Shown piece by piece: positions 19,264 through 28,780 of a stretch of 64,000 nucleotides of DNA. Origin of the DNA: an uncultured Fibrobacteraceae bacterium. Its GTDB lineage: Bacteria; Krumholzibacteriota; Krumholzibacteriia; LZORAL124-64-63. The stretch is from positions 169,429 to 233,428 of the forward strand of contig CAYTFE010000001.1 of assembly GCA_964437115.1 (NCBI GenBank). Reading direction: 5' to 3'. A program made the position numbers and the translations under genes. The notes under the pieces were generated by a model. It saw only the letters and a list, made by a program, of their open reading frames with translations. It did no database searches and was not told the origin of the DNA. Positions within the stretch are counted from its first letter, which is position 1. Every line of letters begins with the position of its first letter.

Positions 19264-21716
19264 ATATAAGTCTGAATTGGCTAAAAGATTTTGTAACCTG
19301 GGATTGCTCTGTTGAAGAGCTCGCTGAAAAACTGACTCTGGTTGGACTCAATGTTGAAGAAATAAGCGAGTATGTCAGGGAATATCCTGGTGTAGTTGTT
19401 GGTTATGTAGAAACTTGCGAACAGCACCCAGATGCTGACAAACTCAGCCTGTGTACCGTAAATAACGGTGAGTCTGTTTCACAGGTTATTTGTGGTGCTA
19501 CCAATGTCAAAGCAGGTATGAATATTGTTTTCGCCCAAACCGGTGCGATGCTTCCAGGTGAATTTAAAATAAAGAAAGCCAAGATCCGCGGAGTCGAGAG
19601 TTTTGGTATGATTTGTAGTGAGTCTGAACTTGGCCTTGCTGTAAACAGCGATGGCATAATGGAATTAGCTTCTGACTTGAAACCAGGAACTCCAATTGAT
19701 GAACTATTTGGATACAGGGATACAGTCCTGGATGTTGAAGTAACGCCGAATCGACCAGATCTTTTATGTCATCTCGGAGTAGCCAGGGAAGTTGCTGCCA
19801 TTACAGGTTCTTTACTTAACACTCCAGAGGTATGGTCGCCACCTAAAGCAGGCAAGGAGGTTGTTGATTTTACTGTTGAGATAGAAGAATTTACAGATTG
19901 TTCAAGATATACAGCACATCTTGCAAGAGAACTAAAAGTTAAGCCATCACCTCAGGAAATGATAAATCGACTTACGGCTGTTGGTCTAAGGCCAATAAAC
20001 AACATTGTTGATATTACAAATTATGTGATGTTTGAACTTGGTCAGCCAATGCATGCTTTTGACCTGAATAAAATAAGCGGCACCCGTCTTTTTACTCGTA
20101 AATCCAAGGGTGAAGAAAAATTCGTTACTCTTGATGGTATTGAACGGAATCTGTCAGATCAAGATCTTGTTATTGCAGATAGTATCGGGACTGTAGCTGT
20201 TGCGGGAGTTATGGGTGGACAAAGAAGTGAAGTTGATGAAGATACAACAGACCTTCTTCTTGAAAGCGCGTATTTCAATCCATCTCTAATTAGAAAAACA
20301 TCACGAAAATTGCAACTGCAGAGCGATAGCTCATATCGATTTGAAAGAACTGTCGATTGGGAAAATGTAGATTTTGCTGCCAAGAGAGCACTGTATTTAT
20401 TACAAAAAAATGCTGATGCTCATATAGTTTCAAATTTTGTTGATCGACAGGATCCAGACAGAGCTGAAATTAATACTGTTCCACTAAGAGTCGAGCAGGT
20501 TAACAGGCTTTTGGGTGCTGAAATTACAACTACAGAAGTGGTCGATATTTTAGCCAGCATTGGTTTGAAAAGTAAATTGCTGGGACAAGCTTCTGATCGG
20601 AAAAGTGTAACAGGTAAATTGATGGTAACAATTCCATCTTTCCGCCGAGATATTTTTATTGAAGTTGATTTGATTGAAGAAGTAGCCAGAATTTACGGTT
20701 TTAATAATCTTAAAATTGAATCGAACTTTAGAAGTGGAACTGGCGTAAAGCGCAGGGAATGTGATCAGGTCCTTGAAAAAGCTGCTGACTATTTGACAGG
20801 TTCAGGCTTCTCTGAAATTATAACTTCATCTTTTGTTTCATTGGAGAATGTTCTTAATCTGGGAATTACTGAAGATGACTATCGCTTTGATATGATGAGA
20901 ATTCACAATCCTCATCACGGTGGCGAAACTCTTCTGCGGACAACTATGGTTCCATCAATGCTGGATACGATTCGTCGAAACATCAACGCAGACGCAAATA
21001 TCCCGGTTAAATTGTACCAGACTAATACTGTTTTTCTTCCATCGCTGAAACTTGAACGTGAGATGCGACACGAAGATGAAAAGCTTTTACCTCTTGAGAG
21101 GAAAGTTCTTCAATTCGCAATAGCAGGTAATGAAGAGCAAGCTCATCATTCCTTACCAATGGTTTTGATGGAATTGAAAGGGATTATGGAGCAACTCTCA
21201 ATCAATCTGGGTGAACAATTGGTTATCACACCTGGTGGAGAAGAACCTTATTACCAACAGGGTCTGCAGTTCAATTTGAGTAACACATCTGTTGACAAAA
21301 TAGGTAGTATGGGACTTGTTTCAAGATCAGTATTGTCGAAATACAACATAGATTTCCCTGTTTCAATTGTTGAGTTGGACTTAGGCAGGTTTGGTTCAAA
21401 TGTTCCTACTGTGAAATTTGCTGATTATTCGAGATATCCAGCTTCAACCAGAGATTTATCTTTAATTGCTCCTGAAATAGTTAGTTACGAGAGCATAATT
21501 GAAGCTGTTGCAGATTCAGCAGGTAAGCTACTTGTTGATATTGAAATGTTCGACATTTATAAGGGAAAAAACATTCCTTCTGGATCAGTTTCTTTAGGAA
21601 TTCGCTTGAAATTTCAGTCAACCAAGAGTAGCCTGAAGAGCAAAGCTGTTGATGTAGCAATTAAAAAGGTTACAGAACGGCTTTCTGGCTCGCTTGGCGT
21701 CACCATAAGGGACTAG
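19260..21716 (+). CDS. pheT: Phenylalanyl-tRNA synthetase beta subunit.
   Basis: The TTG start overlaps the pheS stop (TTGA). MNISLNWLKDFV N-terminus, plus tRNA-binding, B3/B4 and FDX-ACB domains. Confidence 0.95.
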   Translation: MNISLNWLKDFVTWDCSVEELAEKLTLVGLNVEEISEYVREYPGVVVGYVETCEQHPDADKLSLCTVNNGESVSQVICGATNVKAGMNIVFAQTGAMLPGEFKIKKAKIRGVESFGMICSESELGLAVNSDGIMELASDLKPGTPIDELFGYRDTVLDVEVTPNRPDLLCHLGVAREVAAITGSLLNTPEVWSPPKAGKEVVDFTVEIEEFTDCSRYTAHLARELKVKPSPQEMINRLTAVGLRPINNIVDITNYVMFELGQPMHAFDLNKISGTRLFTRKSKGEEKFVTLDGIERNLSDQDLVIADSIGTVAVAGVMGGQRSEVDEDTTDLLLESAYFNPSLIRKTSRKLQLQSDSSYRFERTVDWENVDFAAKRALYLLQKNADAHIVSNFVDRQDPDRAEINTVPLRVEQVNRLLGAEITTTEVVDILASIGLKSKLLGQASDRKSVTGKLMVTIPSFRRDIFIEVDLIEEVARIYGFNNLKIESNFRSGTGVKRRECDQVLEKAADYLTGSGFSEIITSSFVSLENVLNLGITEDDYRFDMMRIHNPHHGGETLLRTTMVPSMLDTIRRNINADANIPVKLYQTNTVFLPSLKLEREMRHEDEKLLPLERKVLQFAIAGNEEQAHHSLPMVLMELKGIMEQLSINLGEQLVITPGGEEPYYQQGLQFNLSNTSVDKIGSMGLVSRSVLSKYNIDFPVSIVELDLGRFGSNVPTVKFADYSRYPASTRDLSLIAPEIVSYESIIEAVADSAGKLLVDIEMFDIYKGKNIPSGSVSLGIRLKFQSTKSSLKSKAVDVAIKKVTERLSGSLGVTIRD

Positions 21717-21732
21717 TTCACAGGAGATAACG

Positions 21733-21996
21733 GTGACTGATAACTGCAATATACTTGAAGAGAAAATGATGCGTGCTGTTGGCGCAATACGTGAACTTAA
21801 GAATAGCAATTCACGATTGATTCAACAAAGAGATGAACTCGAGGCCCGTGTTGAGGCTTTGCAAATAGAGATTGGTCGCATGAAAAGCAATATCGACGAA
21901 TCGCGATCAGATAATTATTTCGTCGATAATTTTGAAGAGAAACGTCGCTTGATTGAAGAGAAGGTTGGAGATCTGTTAGCAGAATTAGACTCCTGA
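21733..21996 (+). CDS. Small coiled-coil protein (ZapB-like?) upstream of zapA.
   Basis: 87 aa, predicted coiled coil, co-oriented 16 nt after pheT. Function inferred only from its position next to zapA. Confidence 0.35.
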   Translation: MTDNCNILEEKMMRAVGAIRELKNSNSRLIQQRDELEARVEALQIEIGRMKSNIDESRSDNYFVDNFEEKRRLIEEKVGDLLAELDS

Positions 21997-22056
21997 TGTA
22001 GGTAACGGAATTATTTTGTTACTAATCCTTTGCGGCTTTAGTTCGGGAAGACGAAT

Positions 22057-22350
22057 ATGGTCGATCCGAAAAGTGTAACAGTTAAAATCTACGGGCAGGA
22101 TTATACACTGCGCGGTGATACCGATGCGACCTATGTACTTAAGGTCGCCGGACTCGTTGATCAGAAAATGCAAGAAGTTGCAGCAAATTCCAATTTAATT
22201 GCTGTTGAAAAAGTTGCTATATTAGCTGCTGTAAATTTGGCAGATGAGTTACTTCGTGAACGTCATAGTCATAATGAGACTCTGCAAAAGTTGGAAGATA
22301 GAGTTTCCCAGGCAGCGGAATTTCTGGACAAAGAGTTGGAAAACCTGTAG
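22057..22350 (+). CDS. zapA: Cell division protein ZapA.
   Basis: 97 aa. VKIYGQDYTLRGD...ILAAVNLADEL pattern, typical of ZapA. Confidence 0.65.
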   Translation: MVDPKSVTVKIYGQDYTLRGDTDATYVLKVAGLVDQKMQEVAANSNLIAVEKVAILAAVNLADELLRERHSHNETLQKLEDRVSQAAEFLDKELENL

Positions 22351-22371
22351 ACTGTTATATAAAGGAATCAT

Positions 22372-22558
22372 TTCAAGATTCCCTACCATGTTTGTGATGT
22401 GCCGCTTGGTTTGAGCCAACGTTATTCGTGAGGATGGTCACGTTTTAAGTCGGCTGTCATGCCCCAAAGGGGGAAGGCAAAAGGTTAAACAGGCTATCCG
22501 CCTTTGGAGCAATTGGTTCAGTTGCTTCCGGTCACACGGCTTGGCGGGGAATCTTTAA
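22372..22558 (+). ncRNA. Structured RNA, candidate 6S RNA (ssrS-like), between zapA and rny.
   Basis: A long imperfect helix: AAGATTCCC (22375-22383) pairs with GGGAATCTT (22547-22555). Internal pairs include UGUGA/UCACA and CCAAAGG/CCUUUGG. The predicted RNA is about 185 nt, has locally higher GC, and encodes no ORF. In E. coli ssrS lies immediately downstream of zapA. Confidence 0.35.
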
Positions 22559-22604
22559 TTTTTCTAAATCTTCTGCCTCCTTTCCAGTCAGGGAAGGAAT
22601 TATA

Positions 22605-24164
22605 ATGACTTGGGAATATTATTTAGCTCTAGCAATCACTTTGATTGTTGGCTTTTTCGTGGGATTGCTTGTTCTTAATTTCATAAATAAGAAAAATGGA
22701 GAAATAGCTCGCGAAAAATCCCACCGCCTGATTGAAGAGGCAAACCGGGAGTCTGCGAATATAATTAAAACAGCTTCTCTTGAAGCCAAAGACGAATATT
22801 TTAAATCGAGAAAGTTATTTGAAAGTGAAACAGAGAAGACACGAGAAGAACAATCTCGTAGGACATCTGTTTTAGATCAAAGAGAAACTAACCTTCACAA
22901 GAAAGTAACTTTTGTCGATCATAAAGAAGCAAAATTAGAAAAAATAGAAACTGCACTTAAAGATAAAGAAGAATTGTTAAAAAAAGAAAAAGAACAAGCA
23001 TCTTTAATCGTGTCCAAACAGCAGGATGTACTTGAACAGATTGCTGGTATGACTGCTGAAAATGCAAAGCAAACTTTGATGGACAATATGCTTTCTGAAG
23101 CAAAACTAGCAGCTGCTAAATCATTATATGAAATCAAGTCTGATACAGAAAGAAGAGCTCGCAAAGATGCTCAAAATATTCTTTCACTGGCAATTCATCG
23201 ATATGCTTCTGAACATGTAGCTGAAACATCAGTTTCAGTTGTAGATCTTCCAAATGATGATATGAAAGGGCGAATTATCGGTCGTGAAGGCCGAAATATT
23301 CGTGCATTTGAATTATCGACGGGTGTTGATGTGATTATTGATGACACGCCTGAGGCGGTAATAATTTCTGGTTTCGATCCAGTTCGTAGAGAAGTAGCTT
23401 GTATTGCACTAAGAAAATTAATTAAAGATGGTAGAATTCACCCTGGAAGAATTGAAGAAACTGTTGAAAAAGTTTCGAAAGAAATGGATGAAAAGCTCAA
23501 CGATATAGGGGAACAAGCATGTATTGACCTTGATTTACAGAATGTTGACCACAGATTGTATTACCACATTGGTCGTCTTCATTATAGAACCAGTTATGGT
23601 CAGAACCTGTTGATTCATAGCAAGGAAGTTGCTGCTCTATGCTCAACGATTGCTTCTGAAATTGGGCTTGATCCTGTAGTTGCAAAGCGATGTGGCTTTT
23701 TGCATGACATAGGTAAAGCAACTGACCATGAAGTGGAAGGTCCACATGCTGAAATAGGTGGTCGACTCGCAAGAAAATTCAAAGAAAAACCCAATGTAGT
23801 AAATGCAATAGAGGGCCACCATCATGACATTGAGGCAATTTCACCTTACACATGGATAACTTCAGCTGCAGATGCTGTGTCAGCATCCAGACCGGGTGCA
23901 CGTCGCGAAAGCTTTGATAACTATATCAAGCGCCTGGAGAATCTTGAGCGAATAGCTGAAAGTTACGATGGCGTAGAAAAATCTTTTGCTATTCAAGCGG
24001 GAAGAGAAATTCGAATTCTTGTTGATAGCGCGCAAGTTTCAGATGCAGAGACTACACTTATGTCTGAAGAGATTTGCAAAAAAATTGAAGGTGAGCTGGA
24101 GTACCCGGGCCAGATTAAAGTCATGGTTTTACGTGAAACCAGATCAGTTTCTTACGCAAAATAA
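22605..24164 (+). CDS. rny: Ribonuclease Y (N-terminal TM, KH domain, HD domain).
   Basis: N-terminal TM, coiled-coil region, KH motif (IIGREGRNIRAFE) and HD motif (LHDIGK). Confidence 0.9.
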   Translation: MTWEYYLALAITLIVGFFVGLLVLNFINKKNGEIAREKSHRLIEEANRESANIIKTASLEAKDEYFKSRKLFESETEKTREEQSRRTSVLDQRETNLHKKVTFVDHKEAKLEKIETALKDKEELLKKEKEQASLIVSKQQDVLEQIAGMTAENAKQTLMDNMLSEAKLAAAKSLYEIKSDTERRARKDAQNILSLAIHRYASEHVAETSVSVVDLPNDDMKGRIIGREGRNIRAFELSTGVDVIIDDTPEAVIISGFDPVRREVACIALRKLIKDGRIHPGRIEETVEKVSKEMDEKLNDIGEQACIDLDLQNVDHRLYYHIGRLHYRTSYGQNLLIHSKEVAALCSTIASEIGLDPVVAKRCGFLHDIGKATDHEVEGPHAEIGGRLARKFKEKPNVVNAIEGHHHDIEAISPYTWITSAADAVSASRPGARRESFDNYIKRLENLERIAESYDGVEKSFAIQAGREIRILVDSAQVSDAETTLMSEEICKKIEGELEYPGQIKVMVLRETRSVSYAK

Positions 24165-24180
24165 ATCTGGAGTCATTAAG

Positions 24181-25059
24181 ATGAGTACACTGCTTTCAGG
24201 AAAAGATGTTCGCAATTTATTAATTGGTGAACTTTCATCCAAAGTTGATGAGATATCAAGTAAACCTGGTCTTGCTGTTATCCTGGTTGGAGAGGATCCT
24301 GCATCGCAGGTTTATGTTCGCAACAAGAGTAAAGCTTGTGAAAAGGCCGGATTCTCGCACCAGACTGTCAAGCTTGATGAATCAACAACTCAATCATATC
24401 TTCTTGATTTGATTAACGAGCTAAACACAGATTCTAAAATTGATGGCATTTTAATTCAAATCCCATTACCTGCGCATATTTGTGAAACGACAGTACAAAA
24501 TGCAGTTGACCCTGCAAAGGATGTTGATGGTTTTCATCCTGAAAATCTTGGGATGTTGCTAGCTGGAAATCCCAGGTACATCCCGTGTACACCAAAAGGC
24601 GTAGTGCATCTTCTCAAACATTACAACATACATACTTCTGGAAAGAATATCGCGATTGTTGGGCGCAGTGTAATTGTTGGCAGGCCATTGTCGATGCTGT
24701 TATCTATGAAGAGTGAAATGGGCAATGCAACTGTAACACTTTGCCATTCCAGAACAACAGATTTGGCTGAAGTTGTCTCCCAATCTGATATTGTTGTAGC
24801 TGCAATTGGTATCCCTGAATTTTTGACTAGAGAGCATATTGCAAAAGATGCGGTTGTTGTTGATGTAGGTATTAATCGTGTTAAAGACTCTTCAAATAAA
24901 TCTGGTTACAGATTGACTGGCGACGTTCATCCGGATGCACTTGATGGTTGGGCCTCAGCATACACTCCAGTTCCAGGTGGTGTGGGGCCAATGACAATTG
25001 CCATGCTTATGCAGAATACCTGGGATTCTCATTGCTTGAGGAATAATGTCGATGTGTAA
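24181..25059 (+). CDS. folD: Bifunctional methylenetetrahydrofolate dehydrogenase/cyclohydrolase.
   Basis: The in-frame ATG at 24181 has a GGAG SD. The 23986 start in the ORF track overlaps the rny 3' end in another frame. Motifs YVRNKSKACEKAGF, GRSVIVGRP and PVPGGVGPMT. Confidence 0.9.
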   Translation: MSTLLSGKDVRNLLIGELSSKVDEISSKPGLAVILVGEDPASQVYVRNKSKACEKAGFSHQTVKLDESTTQSYLLDLINELNTDSKIDGILIQIPLPAHICETTVQNAVDPAKDVDGFHPENLGMLLAGNPRYIPCTPKGVVHLLKHYNIHTSGKNIAIVGRSVIVGRPLSMLLSMKSEMGNATVTLCHSRTTDLAEVVSQSDIVVAAIGIPEFLTREHIAKDAVVVDVGINRVKDSSNKSGYRLTGDVHPDALDGWASAYTPVPGGVGPMTIAMLMQNTWDSHCLRNNVDV

Positions 25060-25954
25060 ATCTGTTTTAAAGAACACTTTTGCAAATGAAGTCACTGAAT
25101 TTGAAAGGTACTTGCAAGTTACCTTTGATTCTTTCACAGGCATTCCCACCAGACTCAAATCAGCAATGGGGCATAGCCTTTTTAGTGGTGGCAAACGACT
25201 TAGACCAGTTCTAGCTCTATGGACTTTTGATTCACTAGCGGATAGTTCTCAAATTGATAATCGTAAACAAGCCTTTTTGGTTGGCGTTGCTCTTGAAATG
25301 ATTCACACATATTCTTTGATTCATGATGACTTGCCAGCAATGGATGACGATGATCTGCGACGATCTCGGCCAACTTGTCATATCGAGTATGATGAAGCAA
25401 CAGCAATTCTTGCAGGTGATGGTCTTCAAGCTTTGGCTTTTGAAATATTGTCAAACGTTCCAGTCCATGGCGCTGCACTTGTAAATGATTTGGCTGTCAG
25501 TGCTGGATCTTCGGGAATGGTTGGAGGACAACAGCTGGATCTCGATAATGAAGGTCAAGATTTGTCTGAGTCATTGATCAAAGAAATTCATTCACTGAAA
25601 ACGGCTAATCTAATTGCTGTATCTCTAGTGATGGGTGCAAGGCTTGCTGGTTTGCGAGCAGACAAATTGGATGCTGTTAAATCTGCTGGCATGCTACTTG
25701 GTTTAGCATTTCAGGCAGCAGACGATATCCTCGATGTTACATCTGACAGTTCAACTTTGGGTAAAACTGCCGGTAAGGACATTCAATCAGAAAAACCAAC
25801 GTGGATCAGGTATGAAGGGTTAGCCAAGGCCGAAAAAAGAATGTTGCATTATGGTGACTCTGGTCAGCAACTGCTGGCTTCATTGTTGCCAAATAACGAT
25901 TCCTCAAGTAATCTCTTGGAACTGGTGCAAAATCTTTGGGAAAGGAATAGGTAG
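25046..25954 (+). CDS. ispA: Polyprenyl diphosphate synthase (farnesyl/geranyl-geranyl diphosphate synthase, IspA-type).
   Basis: GGKRLRP, first DDxxD (LIHDDLPAMDDDDLRR) and second (F)QxxDDxxD (FQAADDILD) motifs. Confidence 0.85.
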   Translation: MSMCKSVLKNTFANEVTEFERYLQVTFDSFTGIPTRLKSAMGHSLFSGGKRLRPVLALWTFDSLADSSQIDNRKQAFLVGVALEMIHTYSLIHDDLPAMDDDDLRRSRPTCHIEYDEATAILAGDGLQALAFEILSNVPVHGAALVNDLAVSAGSSGMVGGQQLDLDNEGQDLSESLIKEIHSLKTANLIAVSLVMGARLAGLRADKLDAVKSAGMLLGLAFQAADDILDVTSDSSTLGKTAGKDIQSEKPTWIRYEGLAKAEKRMLHYGDSGQQLLASLLPNNDSSSNLLELVQNLWERNR

Positions 25955-25962
25955 ATTTAGCT

Positions 25963-27882
25963 ATGTCAAAGCCAATCCTTGAAAATATAGATTCTCTTGA
26001 GCAACTTTCAGATCTGAATCCAAGACAGCTTGAGCAACTTTGTTCTGAATTGCGAGAAAAAATTATTTCAACTGTATCGAACACTGGTGGTCATCTTGGT
26101 GCCAGTCTTGGTGCGGTTGAGTTGACTGTTGCCCTTCATCTGGTTTTCAATTCTCCGAAAGATAAAATATTATGGGACGTTGGTCATCAGGCATATGTCC
26201 ATAAATTGTTGACTGGTCGCTTGGATAATTTCCACACTTTAAGACAAAAAGGTGGCATAAGTGGTTTCCCAAAACGATCGGAAAATGAACACGATATGTT
26301 TGGGGTGGGCCATGCAAGTACATCAATTAGTGCCGCACTTGGATTTGCAATAGCTCGTGATATTAAAGGTACTGAGGAAAAGGTTATTGCTGTAATTGGT
26401 GATGGTTCAATGTCTGGTGGCCTTGCATTTGAAGCAATGAACAATGCTGGCCAAGTACAGCCTGACATGATTGTTGTGCTTAATGATAATGAAATGAGCA
26501 TTTCACCTAACGTCGGTGCTCTTGCAAAATACCTCACCAGAATCACATCAGGGCAATTATATACCAGGTTTGAAGCTGATCTCTGGAAATTACTTGGAAA
26601 GTTACCTCATGGTGGCAAGGCACAAAAACTTGCTCATAGAGTCAAGGAAGGACTGAAACAACTCGTAGTACCTACAATTCTATTTGAGGAACTTGGGTTT
26701 AAATACTTTGGTCCAATTGATGGTCATGATATTGAATTACTTACTGCTACATTGAACTCTGTGCAACAAATCAAGGGTCCAACATTACTACATGTTGTTA
26801 CCAAAAAAGGAAAAGGGTACAGCTTTGCTGAAAGGGAAAAAGCAAAGTATCATGGAGTAGGCAGGTTTGATAAAACCCGTGGCTTGCAAACACTGCAAGC
26901 ATCAGTCTCAAGTTATACTTCAGTATTTGACAAAGCCCTTATGTCGATTGCAGAAGAAGATAAACGTGTTGTTGCTATCACAGCAGCAATGCCGGATGGA
27001 ACCGGACTTGGTCAATTCATGAAGATATATCCAGAGCGATTTTTTGATGTTGGTATTGCCGAAGGACATGCTGTTACTTTTGCAGCTGGTTTAGCATGTC
27101 AGGGGTTGAAACCTGTTGTTGCTGTATACTCAACTTTTTTACAACGAGCTTATGATCAAATTATTCATGATGTGGCACTCCAAAAATTACCAGTAGTATT
27201 TGCCATTGATAGAGGCGGGCTCGTTGGTGAAGATGGCCCAACTCATCACGGTGTTCTAGATTTTTCATTTATGCGTGTAATTCCAGATATGGTTGTAATG
27301 GCTCCTCGAGATGGTGATCAATTGGAATCAATGCTCAAGCTTGCATTCAAGCGATATGAAGGCCCTTCGGCATTGCGGTATCCTAGGGGAGCGGTGCCAG
27401 ACGCAATACCAGCATTAAACCCTGTTGATCAAACTATGACAGGATTATCAGAGCAAATTGTTTCCGGCAGTGATGTTTGTCTCATTGCTATAGGAACTAT
27501 GGTTTCAGTTGCTGTTGAAGTTGCCAAACAATTAAAATCAAGTGGAGTTGATGCTGAAGTAATTGATGCTCGATTTATTAAGCCACTTGATCAAGAAATG
27601 TGTTCAAGGGTTATCTTAAAGTTTGCACATATATTTACTTTAGAAGAGAATTCTATTTGTGGTGGCCTTGGCTCTGCGATACTTGAATGGGCTGCCGCTG
27701 AAAAATTGCTTTCCGAGACTTCAATTACATGCATTGCAATACCTGACGAATTTATTGAACATGGTACCAGATCTGAATTACTTGAGGATATAGGGCTGAC
27801 TGCTGAATCAATTGTGATCCAGGTGATATCAGAACTACCTAAATCAATTATTCGGGACCAAAAAGCCAGTTCGGCAAAATAA
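25963..27882 (+). CDS. dxs: 1-Deoxy-D-xylulose-5-phosphate synthase.
   Basis: TPP-binding GDG(X)n NDN motif (IGDGSMSGG...LNDNEMSI), a transketolase-like domain and a C-terminal domain. Confidence 0.95.
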   Translation: MSKPILENIDSLEQLSDLNPRQLEQLCSELREKIISTVSNTGGHLGASLGAVELTVALHLVFNSPKDKILWDVGHQAYVHKLLTGRLDNFHTLRQKGGISGFPKRSENEHDMFGVGHASTSISAALGFAIARDIKGTEEKVIAVIGDGSMSGGLAFEAMNNAGQVQPDMIVVLNDNEMSISPNVGALAKYLTRITSGQLYTRFEADLWKLLGKLPHGGKAQKLAHRVKEGLKQLVVPTILFEELGFKYFGPIDGHDIELLTATLNSVQQIKGPTLLHVVTKKGKGYSFAEREKAKYHGVGRFDKTRGLQTLQASVSSYTSVFDKALMSIAEEDKRVVAITAAMPDGTGLGQFMKIYPERFFDVGIAEGHAVTFAAGLACQGLKPVVAVYSTFLQRAYDQIIHDVALQKLPVVFAIDRGGLVGEDGPTHHGVLDFSFMRVIPDMVVMAPRDGDQLESMLKLAFKRYEGPSALRYPRGAVPDAIPALNPVDQTMTGLSEQIVSGSDVCLIAIGTMVSVAVEVAKQLKSSGVDAEVIDARFIKPLDQEMCSRVILKFAHIFTLEENSICGGLGSAILEWAAAEKLLSETSITCIAIPDEFIEHGTRSELLEDIGLTAESIVIQVISELPKSIIRDQKASSAK

Positions 27883-27897
27883 CATCGGAGGCCTGTA

Positions 27898-28779
27898 GTG
27901 GAAATCAAACGTATTTCAATATTTGGTAATCCTGAAAAACAGGATATCTGCCATGCTGTAAATACAATACTTGATAAGGTCAAAGACTGTTCTGTTAAAG
28001 TTAATATACAGGAAAGTTTGGCTGAAGTAGTTGGTAAAAAAGAATTGTCGGTTAAAGAAGATCAGCTAGCGGATTGCTCTGATGCTGTAATTGCTCTTGG
28101 TGGTGATGGTACAATGCTACGTGCTGCCAGGGTATTGCTTGGAAGCTCGGTTCCATTGATGGGGGTTAATCTTGGAGCTTTAGGTTACCTTACCGATGTT
28201 CCTCTTTCTGATCTTTCTGAAAGCATAGAATTACTACTATCTGGTGACTTTACAGTTGTTGACAGAAAGCGTTTATTTGGTTCGATAAAAAGTGGTAAAA
28301 ATAAAGATAAGACCTTTGAAGCTCTGAATGACATTGTTGTGAATATGGGATCGTTGGCACGACCACTGCTTATGGAAATAATTATTAATGGTGTAAAGTT
28401 GGGAAAATTTTTAGGTGATGGACTAATTGTTAGTACTCCAACGGGATCAACTGCTTATAGCTTATCAGCTGGAGGATCAATAGCTCACCCTGCTGTATCG
28501 GCAATATTAATAACACCAATATGCCCCCATAGCTTGGCTATGCGGCCACTTCTTGCTCCTGAGGGAGAAGTGGAACTAATCCTTCACGATGCAGCTGCTG
28601 GGGCAATGCTCACTGCTGATGGCCAGGTTGCAGGTGAGTTGGGCGATGGCGATAGAATTTCCTATAAAATCAGTGAGCACAAAGTAAAATTAATAAAGTT
28701 CAAAAATAACGATTATTTCCGCTCAATGAGAAGAAAACTCCAATGGGGTGCGATAAAACGACGGAGTTACAGGGAATAA
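27898..28779 (+). CDS. nadK: NAD+ kinase.
   Basis: GTG start with a GGAGG SD. GGDGTML and NEVVV-like (NDIVVN) motifs, and TPTGSTAYSLSAGG. Confidence 0.85.
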   Translation: MEIKRISIFGNPEKQDICHAVNTILDKVKDCSVKVNIQESLAEVVGKKELSVKEDQLADCSDAVIALGGDGTMLRAARVLLGSSVPLMGVNLGALGYLTDVPLSDLSESIELLLSGDFTVVDRKRLFGSIKSGKNKDKTFEALNDIVVNMGSLARPLLMEIIINGVKLGKFLGDGLIVSTPTGSTAYSLSAGGSIAHPAVSAILITPICPHSLAMRPLLAPEGEVELILHDAAAGAMLTADGQVAGELGDGDRISYKISEHKVKLIKFKNNDYFRSMRRKLQWGAIKRRSYRE

Positions 28780-28780
28780 A

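Noticed and set aside
22372-22558. SRP (4.5S) RNA or RNase P RNA as the identity of the structured element after zapA.
   Set aside because: The conserved SRP domain-IV motif (GGUCCGGAAGGAAGCAGC-like) is only vaguely approximated (GACCGGAAGCAAC on the minus strand). About 185 nt is too short for RNase P RNA. Shape and synteny fit 6S better, but the call stays tentative.
23986-24180. N-terminal 65 codons of the 357-aa ORF overlap the rny 3' end.
   Set aside because: FolD homology begins at the ATG at 24181, which has its own SD. The upstream part is an alternative-frame artefact.
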